NCBI GenBank assembly: GCA_030595055.1
Contig: JAUVEB010000001.1
Span: forward strand, 1-56,002
Reading direction: 5' to 3'
DNA length: 56,002 nucleotides
DNA from: Desulfuromonadaceae bacterium
Lineage (GTDB): Bacteria > Desulfobacterota > Desulfuromonadia > Desulfuromonadales > Geopsychrobacteraceae
Made by a program: the position numbers and the translations under genes. Positions 27,439 through 35,663 of this stretch are shown piece by piece (position 1 is the stretch's first letter; every line of letters starts with the position of its first letter). The notes beneath the pieces are model-generated. The model ran no database searches, was not told the origin of the DNA, and saw only the letters and a program-made list of their open reading frames with translations.

Positions 27439-28067
27439 ATAAGATTGTCATTGCGGGTTGCGGGCCCGGCCATGAAGATTATGTTTCTGTGATGACACAA
27501 AAGGCTGTGACCCAGGCAGAGGTGCTGGTGGGGGCGCAACCTCTGCTGGATCTGTTTCCACAAATGCGTTGTCAGCAGATTGTTGTGCGCGGGTTGATGG
27601 CGGGCATTCTGGAGCAGATGGAGGCGTCGGCCGATAAAAAAATCTGTGTGCTGGTTTCTGGCGATACTGGTCTGTTTAGTCTGGCCCGTCTTGTTGTCAA
27701 CCGTTTTGGGCGTGAGAACTGTCAGTTGATTCCCGGAATCAGTTCCGTTCAGGTTGCTTTTGCTCGTCTTGCTCTGGATTGGAGCGATGCTCTTCTCATC
27801 AGTGCCCACGGACGAGTGCCGCAGGTAAATACTGCCGAGCTGGCACATTATGACAAAATTACTCTCCTTGCCGGGGATGATTCCGCTGTATGCTGGGCTG
27901 CCGACAGGTTGACTGAGCTGGGAACCGATTATGTGGCGGTGAGCTGTGAAAATCTGACCCTGACAACAGAAATAATCCGGGAGTTTGCAGATGCTGAGTC
28001 GCTACGTCAGAGCTCGTTGCCAGCACGAACAATTCTGTTGTTACTTAAAAAGGAGCTATTGCTATGA
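27435..28067 (+). CDS. cbiE: Cobalt-precorrin-7 C5-methyltransferase (stand-alone, no CbiT domain)
   Basis: GCGPG, SGDTG, PGISSVQVAFARL, SAHGR and CENLT motifs; 210 aa. Confidence 0.88.
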   Translation: MNKIVIAGCGPGHEDYVSVMTQKAVTQAEVLVGAQPLLDLFPQMRCQQIVVRGLMAGILEQMEASADKKICVLVSGDTGLFSLARLVVNRFGRENCQLIPGISSVQVAFARLALDWSDALLISAHGRVPQVNTAELAHYDKITLLAGDDSAVCWAADRLTELGTDYVAVSCENLTLTTEIIREFADAESLRQSSLPARTILLLLKKELLL

Positions 28068-28783
28068 ATAGCGGTACTTTTTACGCTATTGGCGTTGGTC
28101 CAGGTGACCCCGAATTGATGACATTGAAAGCAGTGCGGCTATTACGTGAATCTCCCTGCATCTATGTGCCGACATCCCGCTTGAGTACCCAGACCTGGGT
28201 TACCGATGTGGTGCAGCTCTACGCCACAGAAGGGGTCGATATTTGTCCCGTCTCTTTCTCTTTGGAAGCAGACCGGGAGGCGCGGCAGGAACATTGGCGG
28301 CAGACTGCCGCTGCTATCGTTGACCAGTTGCAACAGGGAAAGGATGTCGCTTTTGTCAGCCTGGGTGATCCCCTCCTCTATTCCACCTGTATCTACCTGA
28401 TTCGTAGTCTACAAGAGCAATGGTCACAAGTGCCGATTGAAATTGTTCCCGGTATCAGCGCCTACGCCCATTGTGCTGCACTGACCAATTTTGCGGTTGG
28501 TGAAGGGGAACAGTCGGTTAATATTTTACCAACTGTTACTGCGATAGACGATCTGCAATCAGCCATTAATAAAGGTGGGACGTTGGTGTTGATGAAGATT
28601 GGTCGCCATCTGCAAGCAATCATCGACCTCCTTGAAGAGAACGAACTTATTGAACAGGCGGTTTTTGTTGCCCGTGCCGGGTTGCCAGATCAATGCATTG
28701 AGACCGATCTGCGGCGTTTACGTAGTGCTGATCCTGCAGTTGGTAATTTAGCCATTATCCTTGTGCATACGGAGAACATATAG
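28064..28783 (+). CDS. cbiL: Cobalt-precorrin-2 C20-methyltransferase, copy 2
   Basis: FYAIGVGPGDPELMTLKA, SLGDPLLYST, PGISA and VLMKIG motifs. Confidence 0.85.
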   Translation: MNSGTFYAIGVGPGDPELMTLKAVRLLRESPCIYVPTSRLSTQTWVTDVVQLYATEGVDICPVSFSLEADREARQEHWRQTAAAIVDQLQQGKDVAFVSLGDPLLYSTCIYLIRSLQEQWSQVPIEIVPGISAYAHCAALTNFAVGEGEQSVNILPTVTAIDDLQSAINKGGTLVLMKIGRHLQAIIDLLEENELIEQAVFVARAGLPDQCIETDLRRLRSADPAVGNLAIILVHTENI

Positions 28784-29554
28784 ATGAAAGTTATTTTTGT
28801 CGGTGCCGGTCCGGGCAATCCTGACCTGCTCACAATTCAAGCCCATCGCCTACTCAGTCACTGCCAGATATGTATCTATGCCGGTTCATTGGTCAGTCCA
28901 GAAGTGGTGGCACTGGTGCCAAAAGATGCGGAACTGCATGATTCAGCGACGATGACGCTGGAAGAGATGGAAGTGGTTTTTGCCAGAGCGCAAGAGAAGG
29001 ACGTTGATCTGATCCGTTTGCACACCGGCGATCCATCAATTTACGGGGCGATTCGTGAGCAGATGAACAGTTTGGATCGGATCGGGATTTATTACGAGGT
29101 AGTACCTGGTGTCAGTTCTTTTCAGGCAGCGGCTGCGGCATTGAAAACCGAGTTGACCGCTCCCGAAATTGCCCAGACCATCATTCTCAGCCGCACTTCC
29201 GGCCGGACACCGATGCCGGAGATGCAGGAGTTGGAACATCTGGCGCGCACCCAGTCCACCCTTTGTCTGTTTCTTTCGGTGCATAAAATTGGCTCAGTTG
29301 CGCAGGATCTTGCCGTTTACTATGGCACGGACTGCCCTGTGGCAGTGGTGTTTCGCGCCTCCTGGCCGGATCAGAAACTGGTGCGTGGTTCTCTTGCCGA
29401 TGTCGCTGAAAAGGTGGAGGATGCACAGATTAAAAAGACGGCGATGATCATTGTCGGACAGGCGTTATCGCGTGATATCCCGGTGTCCAAGCTCTATCAT
29501 CGTCATTTCAGCCACGGCTACCGGCAAGGGGATAGTCAGAGGGACGAAACATGA
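28784..29554 (+). CDS. cbiF: Cobalt-precorrin-4 C11-methyltransferase
   Basis: YAGSLV, RLHTGDPSIYGA, ASWPDQ and SKLY...FSH motifs. Confidence 0.94.
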   Translation: MKVIFVGAGPGNPDLLTIQAHRLLSHCQICIYAGSLVSPEVVALVPKDAELHDSATMTLEEMEVVFARAQEKDVDLIRLHTGDPSIYGAIREQMNSLDRIGIYYEVVPGVSSFQAAAAALKTELTAPEIAQTIILSRTSGRTPMPEMQELEHLARTQSTLCLFLSVHKIGSVAQDLAVYYGTDCPVAVVFRASWPDQKLVRGSLADVAEKVEDAQIKKTAMIIVGQALSRDIPVSKLYHRHFSHGYRQGDSQRDET

Positions 29555-30351
29555 AACTGGCGGCTATCACCTTTTCACCGCAAGGTGTTCTGGTCTGCGA
29601 ACAACTGCGGGTGGCTGTTACTGATCTGCATCTCTATGTGCATGAGGCATTACCGACACCGGTCGGGGCAACCTCTTTTTCCCGGGTGATGGAACTTACC
29701 CCCGCAATTTTCACAAAGTATGACGGCCTGATCTATGTCGCTCCCTGTGGTCTTGTTGTCCGTTCCCTAGCCACTTCGGTGCAAAGTAAACTCTCTGATC
29801 CGGCGGTCGTTGTGGTCGATGTCGGGGGACGTTCTGTGATCAGTCTGCTCAGTGGACATGAGGGGGGAGCCAATAATCTGGCGGTACAAGTTGCTAATCT
29901 GATCGATGCCGACCCGATGATCTCAACGACAACGGAAGCGGTAAAAGACCTGATTGTCGGTATTGGTTGCCGTAAGGGAAAATCGGAAAGCGAGATTTTG
30001 CAAGCGTTGGATGAAATTCTCTCTGCAGAAAAACTTTCACTATTGCGGGTTCGCTATCTCGCTACGGCAGATGTGAAAGCGGCAGAAACCGGGTTGCTTC
30101 AAGCTGCTACAAACTTAGACATTCCTCTGCGAATCATCAGTAGCGACAGAATTCGGAATTGTCAGCGTTCATTTGACCATTCATCATTCGTACAACAACA
30201 AGTCAACTTGCCAGCTGTTGCCGAACCGGCAGCACTACTGGCTGGATGGAGGACATCATTAATAGTTCAGAGAAAAGCATGCAACGGCATCACCGTAGCG
30301 GTCGCACAGGAAAATTGTTTGTCGTTGGCATTGGACCCGGCAACCCTTTAG
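29551..30351 (+). CDS. cbiG: Cobalt-precorrin-5A hydrolase
   Basis: KLSDPAVVVVD, SLLSGHEGGAN, GIGCRKG and VAEPAA motifs. Confidence 0.92.
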   Translation: MKLAAITFSPQGVLVCEQLRVAVTDLHLYVHEALPTPVGATSFSRVMELTPAIFTKYDGLIYVAPCGLVVRSLATSVQSKLSDPAVVVVDVGGRSVISLLSGHEGGANNLAVQVANLIDADPMISTTTEAVKDLIVGIGCRKGKSESEILQALDEILSAEKLSLLRVRYLATADVKAAETGLLQAATNLDIPLRIISSDRIRNCQRSFDHSSFVQQQVNLPAVAEPAALLAGWRTSLIVQRKACNGITVAVAQENCLSLALDPATL

Positions 30352-31037
30352 ATCGAACCTCACGGGCAGAACAAGCAATTGCTGCAAGTACGCTGGTCGT
30401 CGGCTATGATCCCTATGTTGCGTCGCTTGCCGACCTCTGTATTGACAAAGAGATGGTTACTTCCGGCATGCGACAGGAAACCGAGCGCTGCCGCGTTGCT
30501 TTACAGCGGGCGCAGCAGGGAGAAGTTGTGGCTCTGGTGTCATCTGGAGATGCGGGTGTTTATGGTATGGCCGGGCTGGCGATGGAGATGGCAGAGGCTG
30601 AAAATCTGAATATTTCGATTGAGGTGATTGCCGGAGTGAGTGCGGCCAATGCTGCTGCAGCGCAACTTGGTGCACCTTTGATGCTCGATTCGGCAACGAT
30701 CAGCTTGAGTGATCTGCTGATCCCCTGGGAGACGATAGTCACCCGTCTGCAAGCGGTGGCCGCTGCTGATCTGGTTGTATCTCTGTACAATCCGCGCAGT
30801 AAAAAAAGGATCCATCAGCTGGAAGATGCTGCTAAGATTTTTTTGCAGCACCGACCAAGAAACACTCCAGTGGGGATCGTAACAGCGGCAAGTGACCCGC
30901 AGCAACAGATCATCTATTCCGATCTGGATCATTTTCTCGATGAGGAGATTGGTATGCGCTCACTGGTAATTATCGGCAACCGTACAACCCGTATCATTAC
31001 TGGGCGCATGGTCACGCCACGGGGCTATTACAAGTGA
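30246..31037 (+). CDS. cbiH: Cobalt-precorrin-3 C17-methyltransferase
   Basis: VVGIGPG, SSGDAGVYGMA, ISLSDLLIPW, LYNPRS and TPRGY motifs; alternative start at 30279. Confidence 0.93.
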   Translation: MEDIINSSEKSMQRHHRSGRTGKLFVVGIGPGNPLDRTSRAEQAIAASTLVVGYDPYVASLADLCIDKEMVTSGMRQETERCRVALQRAQQGEVVALVSSGDAGVYGMAGLAMEMAEAENLNISIEVIAGVSAANAAAAQLGAPLMLDSATISLSDLLIPWETIVTRLQAVAAADLVVSLYNPRSKKRIHQLEDAAKIFLQHRPRNTPVGIVTAASDPQQQIIYSDLDHFLDEEIGMRSLVIIGNRTTRIITGRMVTPRGYYK

Positions 31038-31798
31038 TTCTACTCTTCGGAGGGACAAGCGAAACGGCTGAGCTGGCAATGTTACTGGTTGATACTGGTC
31101 ATTCGATCCTCGTTTCAACGGCAACTGATGCACCTTTGAATGTTGGCAATCATGCTGCGATTCGCCGCCGCTGTGGACGCTTGGACAGGGCGGGGATGTT
31201 GGAATTGATCGCGCAAGAATCGGTTCGCATTATTGTCGATGGTAGCCATCCCTATGCAACACAACTGCACGAAACCGTTGCAAATGCAGCACAACAGGCT
31301 GGAATCCCTTGTTTCCGCTACCAGCGAAAAACAGCGGCTGCCGAAGTTGACAATTTGTTCTTTGTCGATAACCATAAAGATGCGGCTGACCTTGCCGTTT
31401 CGTTTGGTGTTTCAGTCTTGCTCACCACTGGTTCACGTCATCTTTCTCCCTATGTCAAAGCGACGCAAGAGCGCAATATCCCTTTCTTTGCACGAGTTCT
31501 CCCACATGCGGAATCTCGCCATGCCTGCGCTCAGGCCGGGTTGCCAAAAGAGAGTCAAATTATTGGGAGAGGTCCTTTCAGTGACGTGGAAAATCGTACT
31601 TTGATTCGCAACAAAGGGATCGGCGTTCTGATTACCAAAGATAGCGGGGTGCGTGGTGGAATGGAGGAAAAAATTAGTGCCGCCCACCATGAAAATTGCC
31701 GGGTTATTGTTGTTCGACGACCTCAGGAAAATTACCGGCACAGCAAAACTCACGAAGATATCCAAATTCTTGTTGCAGCGGTAAAAACAGCTTTGTGA
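31034..31798 (+). CDS. cbiJ: Cobalt-precorrin-6A reductase
   Basis: GGTSE, HPYA, RVLP, GPFS and TKDSG..GG..EK motifs. Confidence 0.92.
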   Translation: MILLFGGTSETAELAMLLVDTGHSILVSTATDAPLNVGNHAAIRRRCGRLDRAGMLELIAQESVRIIVDGSHPYATQLHETVANAAQQAGIPCFRYQRKTAAAEVDNLFFVDNHKDAADLAVSFGVSVLLTTGSRHLSPYVKATQERNIPFFARVLPHAESRHACAQAGLPKESQIIGRGPFSDVENRTLIRNKGIGVLITKDSGVRGGMEEKISAAHHENCRVIVVRRPQENYRHSKTHEDIQILVAAVKTAL

Positions 31799-31820
31799 CA
31801 CAACTTCCATGGATAAACTT

Positions 31821-32075
31821 TGTACTTCGATTCTCTAAAATATTTACATTAGGCAACTTCAAGATCAAACTTCTTCCAACGATGTACAATCGGGGCGGAG
31901 TTGATCTCCCTGAACCCCAGAAGGATACGTTCTTTGAGCTCCTCTTTGGAGGAAACCCGGATATGGCGTAGAAAAGTTCGGGACATTTTAGAAAAAGAAG
32001 TTTCGATTAAATTCAACCACAAGCCATGCTTTGGCGTGTGCACATATGTGAAACGGCCAGGCTTTAGATATAAGA
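31821..32075 (-). mobile_element. IS630-family transposase 3' remnant with probable right end
   Basis: TPKHGLWLNLIETSFSKMSR resembles the IS630 DDE C-terminal motif TPxxxSWLNxxE; the 5' part is missing; stop at 31849. Confidence 0.8.
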
Positions 32076-32090
32076 TATCTCTTTTATCCA

Positions 32091-32119
32091 AAAAAAACGG
32101 CCGTTTCGAGAACGGCCGT
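32091..32119 (-). terminator. Intrinsic terminator
   Basis: ACGGCCGTT-CTCGA-AACGGCCGT followed by a T-run on the minus strand, downstream of the stop at 32147. Confidence 0.8.
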
Positions 32120-32146
32120 AGACTCATCACAGGGTTGTGCAAAAGA

Positions 32147-32842
32147 TCAACGACAGAATTTCAGCATATAGTCTTCGACCAACTCGGCAATGCCTGCAAC
32201 ATCCAGGCGACTGTTATTGATCATAAGGTGATAGAGGGACGGATCATCAAGCGCACAGTCGGCAAACCGTTTGATGAAATCATCCCGTTGCTGCTGGTGC
32301 AGGGAAATAAACTTCTCGGCATCAGCCTGATTCAGACCATGGCTGTTCATGATCTTCTGCACTCTGAATTTGTATGGGGCCACCAGCCGCAAATGAATGC
32401 AGTTGGCAAGTTCCTGCGAAACCAGGACCGCCCCGCGCCCGACCAGAATGCAGTTCCCTCGCTTGGCAAACCCGATAATCACCTCCCGCAGGTGCGAAAA
32501 AATCTTGGTCTCTTCGGCAAGATTCTTATCCAAAAACATGGAAAAGATCGCCTTTAAAGAAGATGGCGTATCCTGAGATTTTTCAATCTGTTCAACCGTG
32601 TATCCGGACAGTTTGGCAACCTCATCCAATATTTCCCTGCCGATAACCGCCCAGGGATCCCCTGCCGTACGGGCATTAAGCCGCTTGGCCAGTGCCTCTG
32701 CCACAGGATAAGCCTGACAGCCGAATTCACGGGAAATGGTGATGCAGGGGCCCGGCTTTTGCTGATCAGCCACCTGCTGAATCTTATGCCACGCGAAAAG
32801 TTTTGCTTCCTGTTGCGGACTCCAGAAATCTTTATTTGTCAT
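32147..32842 (-). CDS. Cytidylate kinase-like family protein
   Basis: ITISREFGC, ILVGRGA, LRLVAP and YHLMINNS motifs; GGGAG SD before ATG 32842. Confidence 0.85.
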   Translation of the reverse strand: MTNKDFWSPQQEAKLFAWHKIQQVADQQKPGPCITISREFGCQAYPVAEALAKRLNARTAGDPWAVIGREILDEVAKLSGYTVEQIEKSQDTPSSLKAIFSMFLDKNLAEETKIFSHLREVIIGFAKRGNCILVGRGAVLVSQELANCIHLRLVAPYKFRVQKIMNSHGLNQADAEKFISLHQQQRDDFIKRFADCALDDPSLYHLMINNSRLDVAGIAELVEDYMLKFCR

Positions 32843-33040
32843 ATTGCTCCCTTTCTGCCTGGTTACTGTGGATGGGAACGCAAAAAGCATTCCCAACAAT
32901 TGTAACAGATAGTAAAAAAAATTCAGGTCGGCCAATTGTCAAGAAGCTGTCAAAAATGACCGTCTTGCGAAAAATGAATACGCCGGCGTCGCAAATAAAT
33001 CCGCCGGCCATTTAATTCGATGTCACAGACAAGCTTTATC

Positions 33041-33049
33041 TGCTATAAT
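33041..33049 (+). promoter_or_regulatory. Extended -10 promoter candidate for rne
   Basis: TGCTATAAT (TGn-TATAAT) about 225 nt upstream of the rne start. Confidence 0.6.
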
Positions 33050-33274
33050 GCGCGGCTATCGATTAAGTTTTCCCGAATTTCCGCCGCTTCCGGCGTTGAG
33101 ATCGGCAAAGCATAGACAGACAAGTTTGATACGGTCGCTCCCGGGGGATTTGACCGTATCCTCAATCAAAAACCGGATGGTCCTTCAGCAGACCCCGCAG
33201 CTAGCGGTGAGGTCTACACTGTTGGAATCCGGCATGCCCACCGTGACATGGTGGCCAGAAAGGTTTACAAAAAA

Positions 33275-35590
33275 ATGAGTAAGAAGATGTTGATCAACGC
33301 CTCCCATCCGGAGGAAAACCGGGTGGCGATCGTTGTTGACGGGGTATTAAGCGAACTCGATATCGAGATCGCCGGGCAGGAACAGGTCAAAGGAAACATT
33401 TACAAAGCGATCGTAATCCGGGTCGAAACCGGGCTGCAAGCCGCTTTTGTTGATTACGGTGCCGAGAAGCTCGGCTTCCTGCAAATCAGCGAAATCCACT
33501 CCAATCTTTATCCCCAAAAAGATGAGAATAAAGGCCGACCGCGAATCAATGACATCCTGCATCGCGGCCAGGAAATCCTCATACAAATTGTCAAAGAGGA
33601 AAGAGGCAGCAAAGGAGCAGCCCTGACCACCCTTCTTTCAATCCCCGGACGCTATATGGTGCTGATGCCTGACAGCACGACCAAGGGTGTCTCACGCAAA
33701 ATCAGTGCTGATGCCGACCGGAAAAAACTGAAAAAAACCATGGCCGAACTCGATCTTCCGGAACGGATGGGTTATATCGTCCGCACCGCAGGGATCGGCA
33801 AGGAAAAAGAGGAGCTCAAACGCGATTTCGATTACTTGGTGCGCCTGTTCGAAGGAATCGTCTCCCGCAAAGACCAAATCAAGGCCCCGGCACAGCTCTA
33901 TCAGGAATCAAACCTGGCGATCCGCTCAATCCGTGACTATTTCAATACGGACATGGACGAAGTGCTGATCGATGATACAAAAATCTACCAGGATGCCAAA
34001 GACTTTTTTGCTCTGGTGATGCCGGAACATGTCAACCTGGTCAAACAGCATCGCGAACGCCGTCCGATCTTCTCACGCTACCAGATTGAGGAGCAGATTG
34101 ACGCCTTGTCCAAAAATCAAATAGCGCTTCCATCCGGCGGATCGATCGTCGTCGATCAAACCGAAGCGCTGGTCGCCATTGATGTCAACTCAGGAAAGAT
34201 GTCGAGCGAAAGCGGTATTGAAGCGACGGCGGCTAAAACCAACCTTGAAGCGGCAGCAGAAATCGGTCGGCAGTTGCGACTCAGAGATCTCGGTGGACTG
34301 ATCGTGATCGACTTTATCGACATGCGGGACCGAAAACACATCCGTGAAGTTGAACAAGAATTACGTAAAGCTCTCAAGGACGACAAAGCCAAGGTGTCTG
34401 TCGGCCGCATCAGCCAATTCGGTCTGATGGAAATGAGCCGTCAACGTCTCAAACCGACCTTGAGTGTCGGTGCCTACCTTGAATGCCCTCACTGCCGGGG
34501 CAAAGGGCGGATTAAAAGCGCCGAGGCACAGGCCATTGCTTTCCTGCGCCAGGCTCATGCAGCAGCCTCGAAAGGGCATATCGGTCATATTGAAGCCAGT
34601 GTTCCCCTGAATGTTGCTAACTATCTGTTAAACCAGAAACGCTCGGCTCTGAGTGAACTGGAGCAGCAATTGAATTTACGGGTGACAGTTGTCGGGCACA
34701 GTGATTTTATTCCCGACCAACTTGAACTGGAAACACACAAACGGGAGAAACCGGTCGACAACAATCGGGAGATCCTCCCCGTTTCCCATGCCAACCAGAT
34801 TGAGAGTGCCTTGGCCGCACAACAGGAAGCAGACAGCCTACAGACGGAGGAACAGGAGAAAAAAGACGAGGTCGGCTCCAACCGGGACAAGGGGGAAGAG
34901 AGCGCGGAGAAGACAACCCGGAAAAAACGCCGCAGACGGCGGCGGAAACCCTCAAGCACCAGCAGTGATAATGCTGAGAATATTCAGGACGACGCACAAG
35001 ATAACGCCGAAGCGACCCCGACCTCTGCGGCAGAAAGCGAAGAGCTGCCGACAATCACAGAAAAAACGGTCGCGGTGACAGAACTTCCGACTGAAGAAAC
35101 GCCGAAGCCACGCCGACCACGCCGCAGTAAAAGCAAAAAACCGGTTGCAGATTCGCCGGCATCAACGGATAGCGATACCCCAGAAGACACCCGGGCCGAA
35201 ATGGCGGAGGTAGAGCAACCACCGGCAATCGAAGAGAAACCGAAGCGTCGCACCCGACGGACAACGAAAAAAACCGCGGAAGACACTCCGACAACGGAAC
35301 CGACAACAGAACCGGCAATAGAAACACCAACGGCCGAGGAAAAACCGAAACGTCGCACCCGACGGACAACGAAGAAAACCGCGGAAGATACTCCGGCGGC
35401 AGAACCGGCAGCAGAAACACCAGCGGCCGAGGAAAAACCGAAACGTCGCACGCGGCGGACAACGAAGAAAACCGCGGAAGATACTCCGGCAACAGAATCG
35501 GCAGCAGAAACACCGACGGCCGAAGAAAAACCGAAACGTCGCACGCGGCGGACAACGAAGAAAACCGAACCCACACCTGATCCACAGTGA
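33275..35590 (+). CDS. rne: Ribonuclease E (Rne/Rng family)
   Basis: MLINASHPEENRVA, S1 domain GNIYK, IDVNSG, DFIDM, Zn-link CPHC; long disordered C-terminus. Confidence 0.95.
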   Translation: MSKKMLINASHPEENRVAIVVDGVLSELDIEIAGQEQVKGNIYKAIVIRVETGLQAAFVDYGAEKLGFLQISEIHSNLYPQKDENKGRPRINDILHRGQEILIQIVKEERGSKGAALTTLLSIPGRYMVLMPDSTTKGVSRKISADADRKKLKKTMAELDLPERMGYIVRTAGIGKEKEELKRDFDYLVRLFEGIVSRKDQIKAPAQLYQESNLAIRSIRDYFNTDMDEVLIDDTKIYQDAKDFFALVMPEHVNLVKQHRERRPIFSRYQIEEQIDALSKNQIALPSGGSIVVDQTEALVAIDVNSGKMSSESGIEATAAKTNLEAAAEIGRQLRLRDLGGLIVIDFIDMRDRKHIREVEQELRKALKDDKAKVSVGRISQFGLMEMSRQRLKPTLSVGAYLECPHCRGKGRIKSAEAQAIAFLRQAHAAASKGHIGHIEASVPLNVANYLLNQKRSALSELEQQLNLRVTVVGHSDFIPDQLELETHKREKPVDNNREILPVSHANQIESALAAQQEADSLQTEEQEKKDEVGSNRDKGEESAEKTTRKKRRRRRRKPSSTSSDNAENIQDDAQDNAEATPTSAAESEELPTITEKTVAVTELPTEETPKPRRPRRSKSKKPVADSPASTDSDTPEDTRAEMAEVEQPPAIEEKPKRRTRRTTKKTAEDTPTTEPTTEPAIETPTAEEKPKRRTRRTTKKTAEDTPAAEPAAETPAAEEKPKRRTRRTTKKTAEDTPATESAAETPTAEEKPKRRTRRTTKKTEPTPDPQ
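35231..35566 (+). repeat. Four coding tandem repeats in the rne C-terminus
   Basis: EEKPKRRTRRTTKKT units start at 35231, 35336, 35429 and 35522 (periods 105, 93 and 93 nt). Confidence 0.95.
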
Positions 35591-35618
35591 GAGCAGAACC
35601 GTTCCCAATAAAAAACCT

Positions 35619-35649
35619 GCCCGATCGCATCACCATGATTCGATCGGGC
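35619..35649. terminator. Hairpin between convergent genes
   Basis: GCCCGATCG...CGATCGGGC stem with weak U-tails. Confidence 0.55.
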
Positions 35650-35663
35650 TGACCGGTCAGGGC

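Noticed and set aside
35231-35566. Regularly spaced repeats as a possible CRISPR array
   Set aside because: They are in-frame coding repeats with similar spacers, and there are no cas genes.
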